64,000 nucleotides of DNA from Candidatus Moraniibacteriota bacterium. GTDB taxonomy: Bacteria > Patescibacteriota > Minisyncoccia > Moranbacterales > UBA1568. The stretch lies in assembly GCA_028688415.1 (NCBI GenBank), contig JAQTYF010000001.1, positions 336,627 to 400,626 on the forward strand, written 5' to 3'. The position numbers and the translations under genes were made by a program. Below are positions 1 through 7,475 of the stretch, in pieces. Numbering within the stretch: the stretch's first letter is position 1; every line of letters starts with the position of its first letter. Below the pieces are notes generated by a model, which was not told where the DNA came from, did not search any database, and saw only the letters and a list, made by a program, of their open reading frames with translations.

Positions 1-321
1 AATACCGAGGAGAAGTCCGATAAAATTGAGTACGATAAAACCGAGAATACCTCCGAATATCGCTCCGAGACTTCCCCATTTACTCGCACCATATCGCTTC
101 GCACCGTACGCCGAAGCCAGATAATCGATAGCGATCGAGAAAACTGCCACGACACCGAGAACGCTGAGCGTCACCGCTCCGACCGTATCAATACCGAAAT
201 ACAAAGCATAGAGAAGTATGCTCGTAAAAATAAGCCCTACCCCAGGAAGAGCTGGAAGAATGATACCAAAAAGCCCCACTGCAAAAAGTACAATAACAGC
301 AATAATGATTCCTATATCCAT
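1..321 (-). CDS. DUF456-family membrane protein (partial, runs off window start)
   Basis: Manual translation from ATG at 321: MDIGIIIAVIVLFAVGLFGIILPALPGVGLIF...IDYLASAYGAKRYGASKWGSLGAIFGG; the LPxLPG and DY..GAK..GAS motifs are typical of DUF456. Confidence 0.75.
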   Translation of the reverse strand, partial: MDIGIIIAVIVLFAVGLFGIILPALPGVGLIFTSILLYALYFGIDTVGAVTLSVLGVVAVFSIAIDYLASAYGAKRYGASKWGSLGAIFGGILGFIVLNFIGLLLGI

Positions 322-333
322 ATATCTATTCTA

Positions 334-501
334 TTACTTGAAGAAGAATGGATGAAAAGCAACTCCGAGATAGTACGGCCAGATGATGACAGCAAACACT
401 CCCTGCAAAAATGTCAGGTGCAAAAAACCGATAGTGAATATCCACGCTGCTATCCACATTCCTCCTGAGAACGCATGATTTTCAATTTTGATCTTGTCCA
501 T
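334..501 (-). CDS. Small membrane protein (55 aa)
   Basis: Manual translation MDKIKIENHAFSGGMWIAAWIFTIGFLHLTFLQGVFAVIIWPYYLGVAFHPFFFK; two hydrophobic segments; fills the gap between co-oriented genes. Confidence 0.7.
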   Translation of the reverse strand: MDKIKIENHAFSGGMWIAAWIFTIGFLHLTFLQGVFAVIIWPYYLGVAFHPFFFK

Positions 502-545
502 ACTTTTATACTAAATTTTACTGATTAAATATACGTGTTCTATTA

Positions 546-1814
546 CTATGAGAGAATATTTTTTCTTCCATGAGAAAGCTCGGAAAACTTGGACGCCATA
601 GTGGGATTGCCACGTGTCAATTTTTTGATAGTCAGGTCTTCTGCTTTGTTATTGGCGAGACGGAGATTATTCTCTGATGAGAGGAGGGCGTCTTTGGTTT
701 TTTGGAGATGATCGATGGTCTTGTCGATTTCTTCTATCGCTACCTTGAAACGACTCGAGGCGAGCTGATAATTCTTCGCAAAACCTTCCTTGAACGTATT
801 CATATTCTCCTCAAAGTTCGTGATGTCGATGTTCTGATTTCGCACGAGAGCAAGCTCGGCTTTGTACTGGAGAGAATTCATCGATGCATTGCGAAGCAGT
901 GTGATGATAGGGATGAAAAACTGCGGACGCACGACATACATTTTCTCATATTTATGAGAAACATCGACGATACCCGTGTTGTAAAGCTCGTTCTCAGCTT
1001 CGAGGAGGGTCACGAGGACAGCGTACTCACATTTCTTCTCTGTGCGATCTTTATCGAGTTCACGAAAGAAGTCTTCGTTCTTGTGTTTAGTAGCCGTCTC
1101 ATCCCCTTCATTTTTCATTTCGAACATGATAGAGATGATTTCATTCCCCATTTCATCAGCCTCACGATAGATATAGTCTCCCTTGCTTCCTGTTTTTGCA
1201 TCATTGTCTTTCTCAAAATAGGCATGCTGGAAGCCCGTAGCACGGAGCTTGTTGAATTCCGTCTCACAGTGTTGCTCGAGCGTCTCACCGATCATTTTCG
1301 TACTGAGCTTCAGTTTCATATCTTTCAATCGTTCGATGGTCTCGTCTTTCAGTTTCAGGTCACCCTCATATTTTTCTTTGAGTGAGCTCGTGAGAAGTTG
1401 TTTCTCGGTCTCCTTGCTTTTCAATTTTCCTGCGAGTTCATCTCGTTCTTTTTCGATACTGTTGATTGCTTCAGTGACTGCGAGCTTCTTCTCGAGTTCT
1501 GCATTGCTCATTCTCGCTTTCATCTCTGCGAGCTCTGTTTCTTTCTCCGATGCGAGTAGAGCGAGTGCACGATCTTTCTCAGCTTTCACTGCAACGAGCT
1601 CTGCCTCTTTCCGAGCGAGGTCTCCCTGGAGAGCATTTTGGAGAGTAGCCTCAGCGAGTTTGATGGCACTTTCTTTTTCTTTCTCTGCGATACGCGATCG
1701 CTCATTCAATTCTTCCTCGAACTGATGGTCACGAATCTGTTTCAGAATATCGGCAAAGCCAGCCTCATCGACTTTGAACGTTTTCTTACAGTGTGGACAA
1801 ACGATATCATTCAT
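546..1814 (-). CDS. DUF2130-family coiled-coil protein
   Basis: N-terminal CPHC, long coiled coil, [15 protein letters not shown] and IMFEMKNE motifs; start placed at MNDIVCP. Confidence 0.85.
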   Translation of the reverse strand: MNDIVCPHCKKTFKVDEAGFADILKQIRDHQFEEELNERSRIAEKEKESAIKLAEATLQNALQGDLARKEAELVAVKAEKDRALALLASEKETELAEMKARMSNAELEKKLAVTEAINSIEKERDELAGKLKSKETEKQLLTSSLKEKYEGDLKLKDETIERLKDMKLKLSTKMIGETLEQHCETEFNKLRATGFQHAYFEKDNDAKTGSKGDYIYREADEMGNEIISIMFEMKNEGDETATKHKNEDFFRELDKDRTEKKCEYAVLVTLLEAENELYNTGIVDVSHKYEKMYVVRPQFFIPIITLLRNASMNSLQYKAELALVRNQNIDITNFEENMNTFKEGFAKNYQLASSRFKVAIEEIDKTIDHLQKTKDALLSSENNLRLANNKAEDLTIKKLTRGNPTMASKFSELSHGRKNILS

Positions 1815-1851
1815 ATTTTTTCTCATTTTTATCAAAATTTTCTCTCTTCAG

Positions 1852-1938
1852 ATTATATCACAATTCCACGGCCGCCCGCCTAGACTCGCCTCGATTCAAA
1901 TCGAAGTGGGCGTCGAGGCTGGTGAGATTATGAATGAA
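1852..1938. repeat. REP-like palindromic element with a 48-nt GC-rich insertion
   Basis: aattccacggccg (1862-1874) and gtgagattatgaatgaa (1922-1938) match the reverse complement of the 2865-2904 palindrome, separated by a self-complementary insert. Confidence 0.65.
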
Positions 1939-2002
1939 ATCGGTATTATAGGTTTACGAGAAGTGACCTGACTTTTCTTCCTTCCTCTTTACATCTTCTC
2001 TA

Positions 2003-2030
2003 TTGACAAAGGCTCATATTCTGCTATACT
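2003..2030 (+). promoter_or_regulatory. Sigma70-type promoter convergent on the NYN gene
   Basis: TTGACA (2003-2008), 16 bp, TATACT (2025-2030), with TGn extended -10. Confidence 0.65.
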
Positions 2031-2036
2031 GTAATT

Positions 2037-2093
2037 ATTCAGACGAAAAGGGATCCGAACGGCTAATTACCTAAGGAGCCCTTTTCTTTTTTT
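2037..2093 (+). ncRNA. Candidate small RNA antisense to the 3' end of the NYN gene
   Basis: Directly follows the promoter; GAAAAGGG (2045-2052) pairs with CCCTTTTC (2079-2086) and TCC with GGA; T7 run at 2087-2093; no + strand CDS. Confidence 0.5.
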
Positions 2094-2593
2094 ATGGCTA
2101 TTTTCTCACGTACCCCGTCCAAATAATCGAAATATTCCGATCCCAACTTTTTGTACAACGAAGAAGCAAACTGTCGATTCGGAAAGAGTATTTTTCCAAA
2201 TCGATTTTCCTCAATAAGGAAATCCACCAACATCTTGTAATCGCCATCACCGGACACGAGAAACACTCTCTGAAAATTCTCTTTTTTATAGAGTTTTTTC
2301 ATAACAGTAAAAATGATGTCCGAATCAACATTTCCCTTTTTCTTCCCGAGCATTGCTGTATTGTGTTCACGGAAAACCAATACAAATCCAGCAGCCTGAA
2401 TCTCCTCATACAACTCTTGCCGAGCCTCCTGAACACATCCGAGAAAATAGTAAGCCTTCGCCACTCCATACTTCTTCTCAAGATAAATACGAAAACGCAT
2501 CAGATCTATCCGCCACGGGTCTTGATTACGCTTGGCTGTACCCATGTAGAGGTTCTGACCATCTATAAATGCAAGATTTTCTATTTTTTGCAT
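2063..2593 (-). CDS. NYN-domain (LabA/DUF88, PIN-like) ribonuclease
   Basis: FIDGQNLY, KGNVDSDI and VSGDGDY acidic motifs intact. Confidence 0.9.
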   Translation of the reverse strand: MQKIENLAFIDGQNLYMGTAKRNQDPWRIDLMRFRIYLEKKYGVAKAYYFLGCVQEARQELYEEIQAAGFVLVFREHNTAMLGKKKGNVDSDIIFTVMKKLYKKENFQRVFLVSGDGDYKMLVDFLIEENRFGKILFPNRQFASSLYKKLGSEYFDYLDGVREKIAIKKEKGSLGN

Positions 2594-2864
2594 AAAATTA
2601 TTTCTTCGAAAAATATATCGAATTTTTCTTTTTCAGATTATTCATGAACAGTTTGTATTGTGATTGATTTTTATTGAAGTGTTGCATTTTATACGTTTAC
2701 AATACTTACATATAGTATAATACATCACTCTTTCTTTTTTATCAATATACTCACGAGTATACTACGCATCAATAGACCTCGTTACTGCTCATAAAAGCCA
2801 AGATGTTGCTTACATACCCCCTTAATTTTTTTGACTCTTTTCTCTCAAAATCTCTTCCCTTCAG

Positions 2865-2904
2865 ATTCATTCATAATCTCACGGCCGTGGAATTATGAAT
2901 GAAT
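2865..2904. repeat. 40-bp near-perfect palindrome (REP-like)
   Basis: attcattcataat-ct-cacggccgtg-ga-attatgaatgaat. Confidence 0.8.
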
Positions 2905-3099
2905 TGGTTTTGAAAGGAGTTACATCTGACTAGGGATTTTCAGATAAGTATTATTCTTCGGGCAATCCAGGCATATGAGAAAATTGGTCTTTGAGAGTTG
3001 CATACGGTGGTGTTATGGGTTTGCAAAAAAAAATGTACCTGACTCCTTTTCTTCTCTAATATTTTTGGCTAACTTTTCATATGTTCATTATACACACAA

Positions 3100-3124
3100 A
3101 CAAAAACCAGCCCGAAGGCTGGTG
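3100..3124 (-). terminator. Intrinsic terminator downstream of the 3296-4354 gene
   Basis: Minus strand accagcc-ttcg-ggctggt followed by tttttg. Confidence 0.65.
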
Positions 3125-3295
3125 AAATTTATATCAAAAATGTACCTGGCTCCCTTTCTTTTCGGATGCCTCGGACCAATTGCAATGCGCTGTCGATCAA
3201 GAAGACCTCCGCCAGTTATTAGCTTAAAAATTAGGAGAAAGAACATCCAACGAAAAACCAGTATTCTCGATTACCTAAAAAGTATAATAGTATAG

Positions 3296-4354
3296 TTATT
3301 TATTATAATTTTTTTTAACAATATCAATAATTTTTGACGTATCTCTCTCTAATAAATAATAGCCACTCTTCAATAAATCATTATCAATATAATAAGGAAA
3401 TATAAGTCCAAAAGCGTTCCCCGAATAAGGGGCATACCCAAGAGCTTCGTTTAATGAAATTTTTTGTTTTGTTTTATAAAGTAGTCCTCTATTCCATTTA
3501 TTATCGATGTAATACTTTCCCTCTCTATATTTGTAAACCCCTATTGTCCAGTAATGCGGACAAAGATGACATTCGCCATTTACTAACTCAGGATGAGCAA
3601 AAATCAACTCTACACCATTCTCCCTGTCAATATCCAAAAATTCAACCAAATGATCCGTATTAGTAGAATTAAGGATTTTTCCGTTCATTTGTATTTGACC
3701 AGTATTGAAACCTTCCAATTCTCTATATTTTTCATTCTCTGTGACGGATTCAATATAATCATTATTTTTTCTAAATAACTGATCTTTAATATAGGAAATA
3801 ATCGGCACACTTTCCATTGGAACAATATATCCTGAAGAATTATCAAAAACAATTTGTTGTAGCTCTGTCCCGCTCCCACAGACACTGCCCAACAACTTCA
3901 CTATAATTTCTTCATCATGATCATTATCAAGATCAAAAAATTTCTTTTCATATAACCAAAAACCACCTTCTGATTGGGAAAAAATAAATTTTCGCTCCAA
4001 CAAATACTTACTATTAAATAATATTTTTAACGGATTCTCATATTGCTCATAAACAAGCATCATTGGTGGTTTTAACTCGATTTTTTTATCTAAATCACAT
4101 TGTTTTTTATATTGATTATCCTGCGCAAATACAACTAGAGATTGTTCCCCATAATTTCTTAATTCTACTTCAAATAGTTCAACTTCGTAACCATCACTTT
4201 CTAGATCGTGTGTAATATTTTCTGCAAAATTTTTATTAGAAAACAATGAAGGAACATTCCCAGTATTCCTATAGTAAACATACCCCCACATAACGATCAT
4301 AATTAAAACCGCTAACACAGACATCACAAAATTCTCAATTAATCTTCCTATCAT
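3296..4354 (-). CDS. Hypothetical membrane-anchored extracytoplasmic protein
   Basis: 352-aa ORF with an N-terminal TM helix, two DxDxD-type loops (DLDNDHDEE, DIDRENGVE) and CHLCPH; AT-rich. Confidence 0.7.
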   Translation of the reverse strand: MIGRLIENFVMSVLAVLIMIVMWGYVYYRNTGNVPSLFSNKNFAENITHDLESDGYEVELFEVELRNYGEQSLVVFAQDNQYKKQCDLDKKIELKPPMMLVYEQYENPLKILFNSKYLLERKFIFSQSEGGFWLYEKKFFDLDNDHDEEIIVKLLGSVCGSGTELQQIVFDNSSGYIVPMESVPIISYIKDQLFRKNNDYIESVTENEKYRELEGFNTGQIQMNGKILNSTNTDHLVEFLDIDRENGVELIFAHPELVNGECHLCPHYWTIGVYKYREGKYYIDNKWNRGLLYKTKQKISLNEALGYAPYSGNAFGLIFPYYIDNDLLKSGYYLLERDTSKIIDIVKKNYNK

Positions 4355-4407
4355 TTAATGTATGTACTAAACAATAAAACACCTTTCTTTCTCAGATTTA
4401 CTCTGAC

Positions 4408-4436
4408 TTGACATTTAGCTAAAAAAGGTGTAGTCT
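4408..4436 (+). promoter_or_regulatory. Sigma70-type promoter convergent on the DUF3800 gene
   Basis: TTGACA (4408-4413), 17 bp, TAGTCT (4431-4436). Confidence 0.6.
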
Positions 4437-4442
4437 CAAACA

Positions 4443-4485
4443 TAAGAAGTCGGTATATGTGCGGATAGCCATGGCCGACTTTTTT
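4443..4485 (+). ncRNA. Candidate small RNA facing the DUF3800 stop codon
   Basis: AAGTCGGT (4447-4454) pairs with GCCGACTT (4474-4481); T run to 4485; directly after the promoter; ends 2 nt from the DUF3800 stop. Confidence 0.5.
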
Positions 4486-4486
4486 G

Positions 4487-5224
4487 TTACACAAGTACTT
4501 CAAAAATGCCCAAATCACCACTCATTTTTCTTTCTATAAGCCTTACCATCATTTTTTCAATCTTTGTTGTTTTTCTCAATCCACCTATTTTCATTTCATA
4601 AACTATACTCGCCATTATGGCTAAACTATCAGCTATTTGAATATCGTCATCCAAGTTTAACTTATTCACTAAACTTAATGACGTAATTTTTTCACGATAG
4701 TTTGAACCGGTTATACCTTCTGAGGGTATCCCCACCCCTTGCAACCTTGCATGAGCTTCAATCAGATACTTGTCCTGAGATGGATCTGACTCTACAACAA
4801 TTTTTCCATTATCCGTATCAAGATGGTTCTTAACAAATTCTTCTAACATTTTATTATAAGCCTTCCTTAGTATTGCCACTTCATTCCACCCCAACTTTTT
4901 TGCTTTCATTTTGTCGGTTATAACAAAAGCCAGTGATATTTTTTCAGAATTTAATATAGTTGTAAACTCTGCCCAAAATCGCATTTCTTTTTCTAAATCT
5001 TCACGTAATAGAGCAAATGGGCCCTTTTTCCGAAGCATGTCCCGACAATGAAAAACAAGATCTTCATTACCAAAATATTTATTCTTCAATTTACACATCA
5101 ATAATTTCAGTCTGGGCTTGTAACTTTCTGGAATTATAATGCCAGAAAGAATGAAGTTTTTAGAATGATGGCTTAGACTAGCTTTCCCAGTTTCATCTAA
5201 AGCTAAAATTTTATACCCTTTCAT
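4487..5224 (-). CDS. DUF3800-family protein
   Basis: N-terminal LDETG, FH motif and C-terminal IQIADSLA (QxAD) pattern. Confidence 0.8.
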   Translation of the reverse strand: MKGYKILALDETGKASLSHHSKNFILSGIIIPESYKPRLKLLMCKLKNKYFGNEDLVFHCRDMLRKKGPFALLREDLEKEMRFWAEFTTILNSEKISLAFVITDKMKAKKLGWNEVAILRKAYNKMLEEFVKNHLDTDNGKIVVESDPSQDKYLIEAHARLQGVGIPSEGITGSNYREKITSLSLVNKLNLDDDIQIADSLAIMASIVYEMKIGGLRKTTKIEKMMVRLIERKMSGDLGIFEVLV

Positions 5225-5311
5225 AATTTAAAAAATTATTCTATTATCTGAGTAATATTTTTAATGCAGACTCTACATCTTTATGTTTGTATGTATTACA
5301 TAAATGATTTC

Positions 5312-5340
5312 AGTATAGATTGCTAAAAACCCTCTGTCAA
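5312..5340 (-). promoter_or_regulatory. Sigma70 promoter of the DUF3800 gene
   Basis: Minus strand TTGACA, 17 bp, TATACT. Confidence 0.7.
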
Positions 5341-5591
5341 CTAATCTTAATTAAAAACACAAGAAACAAAAAAACCATTTTGCGATGAGTTTCAATGTCC
5401 CTTCACGGTTGGTGGGCTTACAGTACTACCGAAAAATTCCCCTCCACAGGTGGGCAAACTTTATCTTGGGGTACTATAATAATCCAGATTCACGTCTAAA
5501 CTTTTATAAAAAATGTACCTGGCCTTTTTTCTATTTTTGACTCAACCTTATTTATGGCAAGAAAAATTAAAAAACAAGAACCATATATGCC

Positions 5592-6602
5592 TTAATCATA
5601 ATGGGAAACAATCTTTTTACCACAACTCAAAAGGTAATCATAAGAAACTATTTGTATATGATTGAGGTTGGAATTCAGCATTCGCAAAGCTTCAAACTGC
5701 TCATTATTAAAATTATTCGTTCTGCCTGCGATAATTTTTATCCGAGGTCGTAAAATTTTCGCCTTATGCTCCTTTTCTAAAACAAGTTTTTGTTCATCCA
5801 TCTTTTGTAAATAAAACAAACACTGGCCAATAACCTTTGAGAGATCTGGCGAAAGATAGTAACTCTTATGACTGGCATCATACTTGAAAATATCATACTC
5901 TAATTTTGGTCTTTTAAGCTCAATCAAATCCAAAAAACCGTCCATTGATTCCATCAACAAATCAGCTTCGCTAAATAATGCTATTTTCCTTGCATCATGC
6001 TTTTGTGTATATTCAACTCCAAATATCCAAAGATTTTTTTCAATCCAATTTTGAAAAATTTTTTCTGGTTGACCAGCGAAATATGCACTCAAATTATCAT
6101 GCTTTTTTATTTCTTCAACTATACTGCCTCCCTCCTCTAATCCTAAAAGTTGCTCTAAGTTATTCAGTTCAATTTGATAAGATTTATGTTTGTGTGCCGC
6201 TGAAAGATTTTTTAATTCAATTTCGGATAATGATTCAAGAATAGTTTTAATCTTTTCATCACCAGAAAATTTATCCAAGATTAATTTTAAAATATCTAGG
6301 TCAATATTCTTTAAGCCATCAAGCATGCCAGCAAGCTCATCGGTTGTTTCAATAAATTTTCCAGAAACAATCTTCGAGTCATCCTTAATTATGGAAATTT
6401 TATTTAAATTCTCATACAATTTTTTAATTTCCTCAAAACAAAGTATCTCAGAAAATTTTGGCTGTCCAGTATTTTTATCATATGCATAAAAAGACATTCT
6501 TAAAGAATCAGTGCTTGTAACACCTTGTTTTATTCCTGAAAAATTTATATTCAGCACAACGTTATCGTTTGAGAATATTTCGTCATGAAATTGAACACTC
6601 AT
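5592..6602 (-). CDS. Shedu (SduA/DUF4263)-like anti-phage nuclease
   Basis: C-terminal EKIFQNWIEKNLWIFG...ADLL...LIELKRP...VIGQCLFY...SYDYLL; start placed at MSVQFH, 1 nt after the upstream stop. Confidence 0.8.
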   Translation of the reverse strand: MSVQFHDEIFSNDNVVLNINFSGIKQGVTSTDSLRMSFYAYDKNTGQPKFSEILCFEEIKKLYENLNKISIIKDDSKIVSGKFIETTDELAGMLDGLKNIDLDILKLILDKFSGDEKIKTILESLSEIELKNLSAAHKHKSYQIELNNLEQLLGLEEGGSIVEEIKKHDNLSAYFAGQPEKIFQNWIEKNLWIFGVEYTQKHDARKIALFSEADLLMESMDGFLDLIELKRPKLEYDIFKYDASHKSYYLSPDLSKVIGQCLFYLQKMDEQKLVLEKEHKAKILRPRIKIIAGRTNNFNNEQFEALRMLNSNLNHIQIVSYDYLLSCGKKIVSHYD

Positions 6603-6603
6603 G

Positions 6604-6942
6604 TTAGATTTTTGCAAGTGGATTTTCATATCGGGCTGATTCGGGCAAATATCCATCTGCTTGTACAAACTGAGGCATATTATCAAGTATTTTCACGCTT
6701 GAGATATCATTAAGATTAAAAAATCTCCAGCTTGGTAATGGCTTCTCTATGGTCGTATCTGACTCACCACCAGTTTGAAATAAATCGACCTTCGTACTTT
6801 GTGCACCTAATTTTGCAGTAAAAACAAAAACCGCATGAGGATCACCTATTCTCTCTCCGCCAATTTGTCCTTGTTTATTGTATTCAAAAGAAACTGAGCA
6901 GCGCCTCTTAATTGCCTCTTTTAATATTTCTAGTGTATTCAT
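6604..6942 (-). CDS. Standalone WYL-like domain protein
   Basis: AIKRRCSVSFEY...ERIGDPHAV...WRFFNLNDISSVKIL resembles the WYL/Sm-like fold signature; no HTH. Confidence 0.65.
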   Translation of the reverse strand: MNTLEILKEAIKRRCSVSFEYNKQGQIGGERIGDPHAVFVFTAKLGAQSTKVDLFQTGGESDTTIEKPLPSWRFFNLNDISSVKILDNMPQFVQADGYLPESARYENPLAKI

Positions 6943-6966
6943 TATTTTTTTGTAAAGAATTATAAT

Positions 6967-7284
6967 TTATGAATAATGCCCCCAATCCCTTCTATATACC
7001 CAGCTTGTTTTCCACTTTACATAATCCCCTGGCTCAAATGTATCACCTGAAACCTCAATACTCACCATACGAGCTGGATCAATAGACACATTATGAAGCT
7101 CTCCCTCAGGACTTTCCAGGTCCCATACATGATACTTATCGGATTTATCAATGGCATTATCTTTTTGGGATGGCCCGAAATCGAATGGTATACATAGTCT
7201 TATTATCCGACCCTTGGACCGAGAATTCCATGTTATCCTCACCTTCAACTTCCCATCTATTGCCTTCAAGAAATTTTCTTTCAT
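6967..7284 (-). CDS. Small WYL-like protein
   Basis: AIDGKLKVRITWNS...IRLCIPFDFG...YHVWD...MVSIEVSGDTFEP pattern. Confidence 0.55.
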   Translation of the reverse strand: MKENFLKAIDGKLKVRITWNSRSKGRIIRLCIPFDFGPSQKDNAIDKSDKYHVWDLESPEGELHNVSIDPARMVSIEVSGDTFEPGDYVKWKTSWVYRRDWGHYS

Positions 7285-7312
7285 ATTGTTTTTATATATT
7301 ATTTATAGCTTA

Positions 7313-7345
7313 AAAAAACAAAAACCCCGGAAGACTGGGGTGTTG
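7313..7345 (-). terminator. Intrinsic terminator-like hairpin
   Basis: Minus strand accccag-tctt-ccggggt followed by a long T tract. Confidence 0.6.
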
Positions 7346-7429
7346 GAATAATCTTTCGAAAATAGCTCCTTTCTTTCTTCTTTTAATATTTGGAGTGCTT
7401 TTTATTTTTATCAACTCTTTTGTGCTTCT

Positions 7430-7458
7430 ATTATAGCATACTTTCAGGAAAAAATCAA
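7430..7458 (-). promoter_or_regulatory. Sigma70 promoter upstream of the WYL-WYL-Shedu genes
   Basis: Minus strand TTGATT, 17 bp, TATAAT with TGn extension. Confidence 0.6.
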
Positions 7459-7475
7459 TGGTCGTCTATTTTTTC

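Noticed and set aside
2975-3295. 106-aa + strand ORF
   Set aside because: Runs through repeat motifs and a terminator hairpin, has no recognisable domain and opposes local gene orientation; likely spurious
5380-5500. Possible IS200 transposase or zinc-ribbon remnant (HLWRG / CGGEFFGSTV in different frames)
   Set aside because: Requires frameshifts and the similarity is too short to support
1848-5523. CRISPR array or classical integron attC array
   Set aside because: Repeats are short, unevenly spaced and separated by whole genes; no cas or intI gene in the window; ends do not match RYYYAAC/GTTRRRY
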